Positions 28,363 through 37,695 of a DNA stretch of 57,020 nt are shown in pieces (the stretch's first letter is position 1; the number at the start of each line of letters is the position of its first letter). Location of the stretch: the sequence record SRR20825019_2329. One strand, written 5' to 3'. Both the position numbers and the translations under genes were made by a program. A model generated the notes under the pieces. It made no database searches. It saw only the letters and a list, made by a program, of their open reading frames with translations, and was not told the DNA's origin.

Positions 28363-29447
28363 GCGCAGAAAAAGCAATCTTTGATGGCGCAGCGACGTTT
28401 GAGCCCGCACGCCCTGACGTGTATGGTGACGCACACCCGAAAGACCTCTTGCGGGCCGTAACGGAAGAGCATGAATTTTTGCAGGCGCTCTCCAATAGCC
28501 ATATCGCGAGCGCTGCACAGTTTGAGCGACCGCTGCTGATGCAGCTGTTTCGTCTCGCGGCCAAGTTCGAGGCAAACCCAGAACGGTTTTCAGTGCCGAT
28601 CAAACCGCTTGCGGGTAAACTGTTGATCAGTGCTTTCTATGAACCTTCCACTCGCACACGGTTGAGTTTTGAAAGCGCCTGGCACCGGTTGGGTGGGGAT
28701 ATCATGTCGATTACCGACCGCTCCACCACTGGTATCGCGAAGGGCGAGAGCCTTTCGGATGTGGCGGAGATGTTCAACAACTACGGCGACTGTGTGGTAC
28801 TTCGTGACAGCCGTGAAGAGTCGGTCATGGAAATGATGGATACACTTCGTATTCCTATCATTAACGCGGGGAATGGGACTGATGAACACCCGACCCAGGC
28901 ACTTGCTGACCTTTATACCATCATGAAGTGGAAACCGGCCCTGATGGTCGAGGAGCCGACTGAGAAAATCAGAATCGGCATTGTGGGTGTGCCAAGACGC
29001 ATGCGTACGGTGCGCAGTTTCCTGACCTTGCTGGCGCGCTTCGCGCCGATGGTTGAGGAAGTGGTGGTTATTCACGATGGCAGCGACGAGGAACTTTACG
29101 GGCCGGGTCAGCGTGATGGGCTTATGCGGGAAGGGCTCAATATTCGTGAAAGCATGACGCTTAACGATGAGCTGCCAGAGCTAGACGTTGTTTATATCAA
29201 TGCGATTGCCTGGGTCGAAGATAGCTTCGAGGTCATGGGTAAGACGCTCAAATTGGATGCGAACTCACCGCTCAAACCTTCAGCCATTGTGCTGCACCCT
29301 CTGGCGCGCGGTGAAGAGTTGTGTCGGTCGCTCGATAGCACACCTCACAACTGGTATTTCGCTCAGGCACGTGGGGCCGTGTTCATGCGTATGGCGCTTC
29401 TAACCTGCATGGTTCAGCGCACCGAGATGGTGATGGATATCGTCTAA
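28356..29447 (+). CDS. Aspartate/ornithine carbamoyltransferase-family enzyme, atypical acceptor site
   Basis: FYEPSTRTRLSF, KGESL, NAGNG..EHPTQ, HPL; the ATCase RxQxER loop is replaced by NAIAW. Confidence 0.88.
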   Translation: MVGAEKAIFDGAATFEPARPDVYGDAHPKDLLRAVTEEHEFLQALSNSHIASAAQFERPLLMQLFRLAAKFEANPERFSVPIKPLAGKLLISAFYEPSTRTRLSFESAWHRLGGDIMSITDRSTTGIAKGESLSDVAEMFNNYGDCVVLRDSREESVMEMMDTLRIPIINAGNGTDEHPTQALADLYTIMKWKPALMVEEPTEKIRIGIVGVPRRMRTVRSFLTLLARFAPMVEEVVVIHDGSDEELYGPGQRDGLMREGLNIRESMTLNDELPELDVVYINAIAWVEDSFEVMGKTLKLDANSPLKPSAIVLHPLARGEELCRSLDSTPHNWYFAQARGAVFMRMALLTCMVQRTEMVMDIV

Positions 29448-29528
29448 GAATTGCGGATAGGCGCCGATTTGAATACCCGAGACATTCAGCGCCACCCACC
29501 CCTAATCAAGTAGAAAGCAGAGAGTAAT

Positions 29529-31565
29529 ATGTGCGGCATAGCAGGAATTTTTTATCGCGAACGCAACCGTCCCGTTAACCCTCAATTGTTGGCCAATATG
29601 GCTGCGATCCAACATCACAGAGGCCCTGACGGATTTGGGGTAGAGGTGGTGGATGGCGAAGGTGTGGGTTTTTCACACGCCCGCCTCTCGATCATTGATC
29701 TGGATGAAGACCGTGCGCGTCAGCCTTTTCGCAGTGCCGATGGAAAACTACTGCTTGCCCATAACGGCGAGTTCTATGACTACCAACGTATTCGTACTGA
29801 TCTCACCAGTAGGGGAGATCGGTTTCGGACAAAAAGCGATAGCGAGATTATCCTGCACCTGATGCCACGCTTTGGCATGCAGGAAACGCTTCGTCGGCTA
29901 CGGGGTGAATTTGCGTTTGCTTTGTATGATGCGGAAGAAGACGCGCTTCATCTCGTGCGGGACAGGTTTGGTGTCAAGCCGCTCTATTATTATGCGCACG
30001 ATGAAGGTGTGGTGTTTGGTTCTGAAATCAAGGTGGTTATGGCACATCCTGATGTGCCGCGCCGTTTCAATAATGAAGGACTTCTGCACCAGTTGATGCA
30101 GGTGATGGTGCCTGGGACCACGGCTTATGAAGGCATTAATCAGGTTAAGCCCGGCCATGTGGTGACCTTCCGCAGACAGGGGCTTGGCTATCAGATAGAA
30201 GATCGTCCCTACTGGGATTTCGAGTTCCCAGAGGCGGACTTTCACAAGGGCGAAAAAGACGAAGCCGAAAGTATTGAGGCGGTCCGCGAAGGACTTACGG
30301 AGGCAGTGCGCCTGCGCTTGATGGCAGACGTGCCTGTCGGCTGTTACCTTTCTGGCGGTGTTGATAGTTGTTCGATCCTGGGGCTTTCAGCCGCCATGCG
30401 GCAGGGACCGGTAAAAGCCTTTACGATCGGTTTTGCCGACGCGGCATACGATGAAACGCCGATCGCGCAGGAAATGGCTGCTGCGACCGGGGCTGATCAG
30501 GACATTCTGCGCCTCGACGGCAACCAGCTTTACGGGCATTTCGAGAAAACCGTCTGGCACGCTGAGCGCACCATCTATAACACACTGGCTGTTGCGAAAT
30601 ACCTGATGAGCCAACATGTGCGAGATGCTGGCTATAAAGTTGTGGTGACGGGTGAGGGGTCCGATGAACTGTTCGCAGGGTACCCGTCTTTCCGGCGTGA
30701 TCTGTTCCTCCACGGCCTTGAAGATATGGATGCAGCAGAGCGGCAGCGCTGGGAAGCGATGCTGGGTGAAAGCAATAAGCTTGTAAAAGGGGCCATGTTG
30801 TCAGCTGAAGTGCATGACGATATGTACCTGACCGACCGTATTGGGTTTACCCCCAGTTGCCTGCAACCATGGCTCTCATGTGAGGATACAGCGCGTACGA
30901 TCATCAATCAGGACCGTAAGGCCCTGCTTGAAAACTACAAGCCAGGCCTTGCAATTGCTGAGAAGTTAGACCGGACCAAGCTCGACGGTAGGCATCCGCT
31001 GGACCGCGCACAATATGTTTGGTCTAAAACCATGCTTGAAGGACAGATTTTGACTTGGGGCGGTGACCGCGTAGACATGGCTAATTCCATGGAAGCGCGC
31101 CCAGCATTCCTTGATCACCACCTTGCGGAGACGGCCGTTAAAATACCGCCGCTGCACCGGATCAAGGACCGGAAAGAGAAATATGTGCTGAAAGAGGCCA
31201 TGAAGGGGCTGCTGCCGAAAACGCTGTACGAGCGTGAGAAGTTTGCGTTCATGGCACCACCGGCAACCACCAACAAAGATAAATGGTCATCAATGATGGA
31301 GCTCGCGCAGGAGTTTCTTGGTGATAAGGCTATCCTAGATAGTGGCCTTCTTGATCGGTTCGGCGTGCAGCAACTGATTGTTGAAGCCCAAAGCGATGAT
31401 ACATTGAGGGCGCGCAAGGTACAGCTGGATGCCATGATCAACCACATGCTTGGGGTTCAGGTACTGCATAAGAACTTCATTGCCACAGATATCCCGGCAC
31501 TGGCCGCGCAGCGTGCTGAGGACCTGGGGTGGACAGTAAAGGCTGGGGTTAGAACGGCGATTTGA
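29529..31565 (+). CDS. asnB: AsnB-family glutamine-dependent amidotransferase (asparagine synthetase-like)
   Basis: N-terminal MCGIAG (catalytic Cys), HRGPD, HNGE, RDRFGVKPLY, LSGGVDS, GEGSDELF. Confidence 0.92.
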   Translation: MCGIAGIFYRERNRPVNPQLLANMAAIQHHRGPDGFGVEVVDGEGVGFSHARLSIIDLDEDRARQPFRSADGKLLLAHNGEFYDYQRIRTDLTSRGDRFRTKSDSEIILHLMPRFGMQETLRRLRGEFAFALYDAEEDALHLVRDRFGVKPLYYYAHDEGVVFGSEIKVVMAHPDVPRRFNNEGLLHQLMQVMVPGTTAYEGINQVKPGHVVTFRRQGLGYQIEDRPYWDFEFPEADFHKGEKDEAESIEAVREGLTEAVRLRLMADVPVGCYLSGGVDSCSILGLSAAMRQGPVKAFTIGFADAAYDETPIAQEMAAATGADQDILRLDGNQLYGHFEKTVWHAERTIYNTLAVAKYLMSQHVRDAGYKVVVTGEGSDELFAGYPSFRRDLFLHGLEDMDAAERQRWEAMLGESNKLVKGAMLSAEVHDDMYLTDRIGFTPSCLQPWLSCEDTARTIINQDRKALLENYKPGLAIAEKLDRTKLDGRHPLDRAQYVWSKTMLEGQILTWGGDRVDMANSMEARPAFLDHHLAETAVKIPPLHRIKDRKEKYVLKEAMKGLLPKTLYEREKFAFMAPPATTNKDKWSSMMELAQEFLGDKAILDSGLLDRFGVQQLIVEAQSDDTLRARKVQLDAMINHMLGVQVLHKNFIATDIPALAAQRAEDLGWTVKAGVRTAI

Positions 31566-31580
31566 CCGGGGCTCTATACC

Positions 31581-31616
31581 AAAAAAAGCAGCGGGCGTTT
31601 CTGGGACACCCGCTGC
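31581..31616 (-). terminator. Rho-independent terminator
   Basis: GCAGCGGG...CCCGCTGC stem; A7 on + gives a U7 tail on -. Confidence 0.75.
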
Positions 31617-31697
31617 AGCATATGACTAAGTCAGTGCGCTCTTTATTTGAAGCTTAGGGAAAGGTGCATTTGACCTCACTGCCACATGCCAAGTTTC

Positions 31698-32594
31698 CTA
31701 GCTCACTGGATTTGAAGCATCATCCTTGTAGACCTCAAAGTCCATTTTCTTGACATCCTCTGTGCGTATAGTGAGCCCGATGCCAAAAATAATGCAGAGC
31801 TGCATGTAAAAGCTCGCGAGCACCGGGTCGAACGTCTCAAGAGCGTATTGGTCGGCGGCCTGAGTGGCCATCATGAAAATGCTGACCCCAATGCTGGAAA
31901 GCACCAGCCCCTTCACGGTCGCTTCGATTTGCTTATTGCGATCCGCCGAGCCCTTGTATGGATCGAGCCTTTTGCCTCTGATAAAGAAGGTTATAATCGC
32001 CATATAGGCAATGTTCATGCCGGTGATAAGGCACGAGGCCGCTATGACTTGGCCAGGATTGCCCGCGCCAAAATCATTCCCGATCAGGAAAAATGCCAGC
32101 CAGAGAAAATACAGAATGACTGCGCTTACCACGTAGCCAGGGGCTATATAGTCGAACAGACGCCGAGGGCTCAGATCAGCCTTGCGAGTGTTGGCGCTAT
32201 AGGTGGCACGCATGTGTTTATATTGCCGCATTTCTGATACGGACATGACGATGAGCGGTATGACCTGCATCATAAAGTAGATCATCACAAATATTTCGTC
32301 GCCACCCTTCGGCGAAGGCCGATAGCCATTAGCCAACATCGCTACGAGGACCCCTGCGCCGATAAGGGCAACGCAGGTGTTATAGACTTTGTATATGCCC
32401 AGTTTGAAACGCGTCACTTCAGGCGTGTTTTGGCCTGACGGGTAGAGCTTTGGATACTCGGCTGGTGGGAAGTTGGTCAGTACATAATTTATGCGTGCTG
32501 CCAGTTTACGGGGATAGTGGATCGAGATCAGATAAATCTGGCTCAGGAAGACGGTGTAAAAAACTATCAGTGTTGCTGTCATTGACTCGGGCAT
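31698..32594 (-). CDS. Hypothetical polytopic membrane protein
   Basis: About 7 hydrophobic segments; GAGG RBS before ATG 32594; downstream of the YtrA-like regulator. Confidence 0.75.
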   Translation of the reverse strand: MPESMTATLIVFYTVFLSQIYLISIHYPRKLAARINYVLTNFPPAEYPKLYPSGQNTPEVTRFKLGIYKVYNTCVALIGAGVLVAMLANGYRPSPKGGDEIFVMIYFMMQVIPLIVMSVSEMRQYKHMRATYSANTRKADLSPRRLFDYIAPGYVVSAVILYFLWLAFFLIGNDFGAGNPGQVIAASCLITGMNIAYMAIITFFIRGKRLDPYKGSADRNKQIEATVKGLVLSSIGVSIFMMATQAADQYALETFDPVLASFYMQLCIIFGIGLTIRTEDVKKMDFEVYKDDASNPVS

Positions 32595-32658
32595 TTTCAA
32601 TGTCCCTCTATTATCTGGTTTAATTGAATTAGATGTAGGGTCAGGCGGTAAGGCTGCA

Positions 32659-33042
32659 TTACCCCCCACCATGGGCTTGCATCGCATGCCCGAAGGCGAT
32701 GCGTATCTCACTGTCGGTGGCTCCTTCGGTCCTGCAGGCTGTAACTGTGGCAGTTATCTGCTCCAGGACCCATGCGCTCATGTCTGTCTTGCTGTTCTCA
32801 AGCGCTGCCGGGTGAATGAATGTGCCTCGATACCCCTTGGTTTGAATGACACTGTCGCGCTCTAGCAGCCTATAGGCTTTGGCGACGGTTTTATTGTTCA
32901 GTTCCAGATCGTTTGCCAGTTGGCGGATTGAGGGCAAGGCGTCGCCGGGTTTAAGATACCCGTCCTTAACCGCATCCTTGATTTGCTCAATCAACTGGGC
33001 AAACAAGGGTTCCGGGCTGTCTATGTCGACCTTGATTTCCAT
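32659..33042 (-). CDS. GntR family, YtrA subfamily regulator
   Basis: 127 aa; PLFAQL, LKPGDALPSIRQLA, TVAKAYRLLE, GTFI. Confidence 0.92.
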   Translation of the reverse strand: MEIKVDIDSPEPLFAQLIEQIKDAVKDGYLKPGDALPSIRQLANDLELNNKTVAKAYRLLERDSVIQTKGYRGTFIHPAALENSKTDMSAWVLEQITATVTACRTEGATDSEIRIAFGHAMQAHGGG

Positions 33043-33063
33043 TTCTCGCTGTCTTTGTTTTGT

Positions 33064-33105
33064 TGTTCCATATGTACCGTGTATGCTAAGGGTACATATG
33101 GAACA
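33064..33105. promoter_or_regulatory. Perfect 15-bp inverted repeat, YtrA-type operator
   Basis: TGTTCCATATGTACC-N12-GGTACATATGGAACA directly upstream of the ytrA-like gene. Confidence 0.75.
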
Positions 33106-33219
33106 TATGGGTTACAAGCAAAAAGTGGATCGTTTGTTGTTCAATATGAGTGGCTCTAGCGCGAGAGCCATGAAGCTGATATCAAGATCATATTGAATTC
33201 AAGGGGTTGAGGGACGCCG

Positions 33220-34734
33220 GTGTTTGGGAAATTTTTCAAGAAAAAGAACAAGCCTACCGCACTTGATTATGAGATTGCGGCGCTGGCAGCAGAGTTGGGT
33301 GTGGCATCCAAAGGAAAACCTGTGGCGCCAGGTGTGGCGCGGGACCTATTGAAGTCTCTTATGATGCGGCAGGCTGACCTGCTTGTGCGCACAGAGGAAG
33401 GCCGCGGCGCCGCCGTGCTGTATAAGTTTGCGGCAAGGCTCTCTGGCCAGACGGTGTCCGATGCCTTGGGGCAGGGAGATAAACACTCACTGCTGCAGCG
33501 CGGTTATGCGTTGATGGGCAGCGGACAGTTTGAAGATGCTAAAACGACGCTGGAGGCAGCTGCAGCACGCTACCCGGAGCACCACCGTGTCCACGCGTCA
33601 TTGGCTGCTGTTCTTGAAAGGTTGGAAGGGGAGGGCGCGGCATTAAAGGTGATGCAGGACTTCTACGCCCGCAAGCCGATGAAGTTGAAAGCCGCAGCGC
33701 AGAATCCGTCAAACGCGCCTACGTTGATGTGCCTGTATGGGTATGATGGTACTAGGTACAAACTTGCATCCAACGGGGATGGCAGCTTCCAGAAGTTCCG
33801 CCGGGGCGGGCATTTCATGCTGCGCTACCTTCTGGACAAAGCAAAATTCAATATCCATCATTTTACGGTTTCAAACGGCAACCTAGATACCTACACGGTC
33901 CCAACCCCGTGCGACCTGATTGTCAACACAGTGGCAGACCCGGATGTTGAAATGGCGTCGCTTCGCACCATTCAGGCGTTTATGGATCGTACGCCAAACG
34001 TACCGATCATCAACCGGCCAGACCGGGTGATCGAGACAACACGAGACCGCAATTATGAACGCCTGAATAAGATTGATGGTATTCGGTTCGCGAAAACACA
34101 GCGCTTTACCCGCGAAGGGCGTGATGAGCAATCATTGGCCATCCATGTTGAAGATATGGGCTATAGCTATCCTCTTATCGTGCGCGAAACCGGCACGCAT
34201 ACGGCTGTATCTACTGAGCTCGTGCATGACCGGGATGAGTTGGCCCGGTATTTCAATCAAAGTGAAGGTGATAGTTTCTACGCGATTGAATTTATCGAGA
34301 ACGCGTCAGAAGAAGGGCATTACACCAAAATGCGCTTCTTCTACATCGATGGGGTTATGTATCCGGTCGTGCATCATATTGACGAGGTCTGGAATGTTCA
34401 CGGCAGCAACCGTAAGACCTTTATGGCTTCGCATCCCTGGATGCTGGAGAAAGAACAACAATTCCTCGCTGAACCCAAATCTGTGATTGGTGAAGAGAAC
34501 TATAACCGTTTGCAGGCGCTTCATGAACTCATTGGGCTGGATTTCTTTGGTGTTGATTTCACCTTGCTGGCGGACGGTACGATCCTGATTTTTGAATTGA
34601 ACCCTGCCATGCGGCATAGCTTTACGCACGCCAAGACGTTTTCGTACATGACGATCCCCCTTCAGCGTATCTCAAACGCCTTTGAAGCCATGGTTAGGAA
34701 GCGTGCAGAGCCGACGTTCAAGGGAGGCGACTAA
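33220..34734 (+). CDS. TPR + ATP-grasp-fold protein of unknown function
   Basis: TPR-like helices, then PIINRP..V, YPLIVR..G, EFI, KMRFFYIDG, LDFFGVDF, FELNP. Confidence 0.7.
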   Translation: MFGKFFKKKNKPTALDYEIAALAAELGVASKGKPVAPGVARDLLKSLMMRQADLLVRTEEGRGAAVLYKFAARLSGQTVSDALGQGDKHSLLQRGYALMGSGQFEDAKTTLEAAAARYPEHHRVHASLAAVLERLEGEGAALKVMQDFYARKPMKLKAAAQNPSNAPTLMCLYGYDGTRYKLASNGDGSFQKFRRGGHFMLRYLLDKAKFNIHHFTVSNGNLDTYTVPTPCDLIVNTVADPDVEMASLRTIQAFMDRTPNVPIINRPDRVIETTRDRNYERLNKIDGIRFAKTQRFTREGRDEQSLAIHVEDMGYSYPLIVRETGTHTAVSTELVHDRDELARYFNQSEGDSFYAIEFIENASEEGHYTKMRFFYIDGVMYPVVHHIDEVWNVHGSNRKTFMASHPWMLEKEQQFLAEPKSVIGEENYNRLQALHELIGLDFFGVDFTLLADGTILIFELNPAMRHSFTHAKTFSYMTIPLQRISNAFEAMVRKRAEPTFKGGD

Positions 34735-35935
34735 AAACGCCAAGTGCCCGGTCAAAAGTGGACTGCTCACAGCATAAAATCATGCGCACATGATCCTTGC
34801 TTTCGGGCCCGTAAACACCGCCGGGGATGGTGGCGAGGCGGTGTTCATCCATCAGATAGTTTGAAACTTTGTGGCCAGAGCCTTTGCCTTCTTCCGCAAA
34901 ATGATCTGGTATCTTTTTTGCGAAATTTGCGACATTGGGGAAAGCGAACATTGCTCCCATAGGTTTCCGAGGCCAGCTAAATCCTTTTACTTCGGGCAGC
35001 GCTGCCATTAGCTGTTGCGCACGATTGCCCAACATATGGCTCATATCATCCATCCACGGGTCAGCGCTTGCATCTGATAACATGCGCATGCCTATACGCT
35101 CAGAAAGGATGTTGACACCAAGGTAGATGAAGTCATGCAGTTTAGCCGCCAAATCTATGGCTTCGGCTGGGCCACAAAGCCAACCTGTCCTGAGCCCGGG
35201 AACGCCATATTTTTTTGAAAAACTGTTGATCATCAAGGTGCGGTCTTCGAGCCCAGACCATTGCCGTGCAGGTTGGTGTTTTCGCCCAAACGCCATGCTG
35301 TCATACACCTCATCGTGAATGATCCAGCAGCCATGCTTATGTGAGGCTTCCGCAATGGCGCTCAGGTCCTCATCGCTTAGAACGTATCCTGAAGGGTTTT
35401 CCGGTGAATTGACAATAAGCGCTGATACGCCGTTAAGTACATCGCCTGCTGCAGGCAATGCGTTTACGTATTCATCTGTGGCCGCATAGCGGGGCAACAC
35501 TCTAAGTGTGCGGCCGAGCGCCTTAATTGCACGACTGTAAAGCATATAGCTGGGGTCTGTCACCGCGACGGCGCCGTTTTGGTTTGTTGTCGCAAGGATT
35601 GCGAGTGTGATCGCTTCCACACCACCATGTGTGATCAGGACCTCGCTTTCCGGGTCAATCTTCATGCCGTGGCGTCGCCAATAGTATGATGCGATGCTTT
35701 CTCTCAGTTCCAGCATACCGCGGTTTTTCTCATACCGCTTGCTGGAAGCAATAAAAGCGTCCCAATTGAGGTCGTTGGCCTCGATGGCTGCTTTGCTGGT
35801 TGCAGGTGGGCCAAAGGCCGGTTCGCCAAATGCGAGGTTGATGGTGCCGGGTGTTTGGCGTGCACGTTCAGCCATTGCTTTGGTCGCATATTCGTCCAGG
35901 GCGGAAAGTTCGTCACTTAGGCTTGGCTGGGGCAC
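34718..35935 (-). CDS. PLP-dependent aminotransferase class I/II
   Basis: NLAFGEP, NSPENPSG, DEVY, SFSKKYGVPGLRTG. Confidence 0.92.
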   Translation of the reverse strand: MPQPSLSDELSALDEYATKAMAERARQTPGTINLAFGEPAFGPPATSKAAIEANDLNWDAFIASSKRYEKNRGMLELRESIASYYWRRHGMKIDPESEVLITHGGVEAITLAILATTNQNGAVAVTDPSYMLYSRAIKALGRTLRVLPRYAATDEYVNALPAAGDVLNGVSALIVNSPENPSGYVLSDEDLSAIAEASHKHGCWIIHDEVYDSMAFGRKHQPARQWSGLEDRTLMINSFSKKYGVPGLRTGWLCGPAEAIDLAAKLHDFIYLGVNILSERIGMRMLSDASADPWMDDMSHMLGNRAQQLMAALPEVKGFSWPRKPMGAMFAFPNVANFAKKIPDHFAEEGKGSGHKVSNYLMDEHRLATIPGGVYGPESKDHVRMILCCEQSTFDRALGVFSRLP

Positions 35936-36026
35936 GGTTTCACCTTTTGGCTCAATTGGTTGGCTCTAACAGCTTATTAGTGGGTGTTTGGGATAGGGGC
36001 AACTTTATGCCTCTCGTAGCTTATTG

Positions 36027-37529
36027 CTAATCAAGCGATAGCAATAGATAGGCGGCAAGCGCTTCTCTATCGCTCGGGCTCAGATGGTCATATGTGGGCA
36101 TTGGGCCGGGCGGCGTGTTGATGAGCTGTACAATGCCTGCTGCATCGTAGCGAGCCTTCAGGTTTTTAAGCTCCTTGACCTGTACACCCTCCGGTGCGTC
36201 AGCCTGCATATGGCAAGCTGCACACCCATTCTCCCGGAAAAGGGACCGTCCGTCCTCAATCAATGCGGCGCGAGCGTCGGCGGACACGTCAGAAAACGGC
36301 GCGGATGAAGGCGTTTCCGCTGCCTGTGCGGATGTTCCGACAGCAATCTCGCCCCAACCCACGCGGTAGATGACACCAGTATAGTCGTCAGAGATATAGA
36401 TGGCACCATCCGGGCCCTGAGCGATATCGACGGGGCGTCCGATCACGTCCTCATTCTGCTCAAACCCGGTGAGGAAATCTTGTTCGGTGACAGACCCATC
36501 AGAACCAAAATGCAAGGTAACAACCTTGTACCCAACGAGCTTGCTGCTGTTCCAAGAGCCGTGCAATGCCACGAGAGCAGCGTTTTCAAACCCGCGTGGA
36601 GATTTTGTGCCAGACAGGAACCGCATACCAAGTGGTGCCCGGTGCGCTCCAAATCCGTGTACAGGGGCGCGGGAGGCTTCAACCCGGTCTTGATTGTCGT
36701 TGCCAAAGTCCGGGTCTGAAACCTTGTCATCATAGGCATATGGCCAGCCGTAGTCGGCACCGTCTTCAATAAGGTTCAGTTCGCAATTTGGTGTGTCGTC
36801 GCCCAGCAGGTCGCGTCCATTATCAGTGCCGTATAGCTTGCCAGTTATAGGGTGCCAGTCAAACCCAACGGTGTTCCTTAGGCCTGTGGCAAAGACGTTG
36901 GCGCCGCTTCCATCTGCTTCCATGCGTACCATGGTGGCCCGGTATGGATGGTCTTCAATACAGACATTGCAGCTTGAACCGGTGGATACATAGAGCTTGC
37001 CGTCCGGGCCAAAATCTATTGTCCGGGTGCGGTGATTGCCGCCGGGGGGTAGGCCGCGGAAGATAACCTCAAGCGGGCCGGCTTTGCGCTCGGTAGCGTT
37101 ATAAGGCGCACGGGAAATGCGGTCCGTTTCAGCGACATAGATATAGCCATTGGAAAGTGCCAGGCCGTGTGGGACGTTCATGTCGCTGAATAGTGTCGTC
37201 CGCCCATCCGATACGCCGTCACCGTCTTCGTCCTTGTGAAGGAGGATTACATTTCCTTCTCGCATGCTGGTGACCACAATATCGCCTGCGTCTGTTACGC
37301 GCATCATGCGGGCATGCGGGACGTCTCTCGCAAATATACCAATGGTAAAACCGTTGGGTAGTTTGAACCGGTTTTTCAGGTCATCGGGTTTTGGCGCTTC
37401 AACTTGCTTTCCGGTGAGGAAATCAAGAAACGGTCCCTTGGCAACGAGGTTTTCTGGCCACCAGATCCATAAGCCAAGGCCAGCAATAATGATGATGGCA
37501 GCAAAGCCCGACAGTAGTTTCTTGAGCAT
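36027..37529 (-). CDS. PQQ-dependent sugar/sorbosone dehydrogenase family protein with C-terminal cytochrome c
   Basis: GSSCNVC, GLRNTVG, NGRD, HGSWN, GRPVD; C-terminal CAACH heme motif and distal Met (GPMP). Confidence 0.88.
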   Translation of the reverse strand: MLKKLLSGFAAIIIIAGLGLWIWWPENLVAKGPFLDFLTGKQVEAPKPDDLKNRFKLPNGFTIGIFARDVPHARMMRVTDAGDIVVTSMREGNVILLHKDEDGDGVSDGRTTLFSDMNVPHGLALSNGYIYVAETDRISRAPYNATERKAGPLEVIFRGLPPGGNHRTRTIDFGPDGKLYVSTGSSCNVCIEDHPYRATMVRMEADGSGANVFATGLRNTVGFDWHPITGKLYGTDNGRDLLGDDTPNCELNLIEDGADYGWPYAYDDKVSDPDFGNDNQDRVEASRAPVHGFGAHRAPLGMRFLSGTKSPRGFENAALVALHGSWNSSKLVGYKVVTLHFGSDGSVTEQDFLTGFEQNEDVIGRPVDIAQGPDGAIYISDDYTGVIYRVGWGEIAVGTSAQAAETPSSAPFSDVSADARAALIEDGRSLFRENGCAACHMQADAPEGVQVKELKNLKARYDAAGIVQLINTPPGPMPTYDHLSPSDREALAAYLLLSLD

Positions 37530-37695
37530 TGAGGGTCTCCCTGACCTTTAATCCCGTTCTCCTAAAATTGCGCTGATTGAGACTGGTGTCCAGCACTCAT
37601 GCCAATCATGTGATCGCATCACTGGACAAAGGGCGCTTTAAAGCTGTAATCGGGGGGCTATATTCAAGTCTGCATTTGTAGCAAAGGAAATGTGA

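Noticed and set aside
28356-29447. Calling this the housekeeping pyrB
   Set aside because: The aspartate-binding RxQxER loop is missing and the context has no pyr genes
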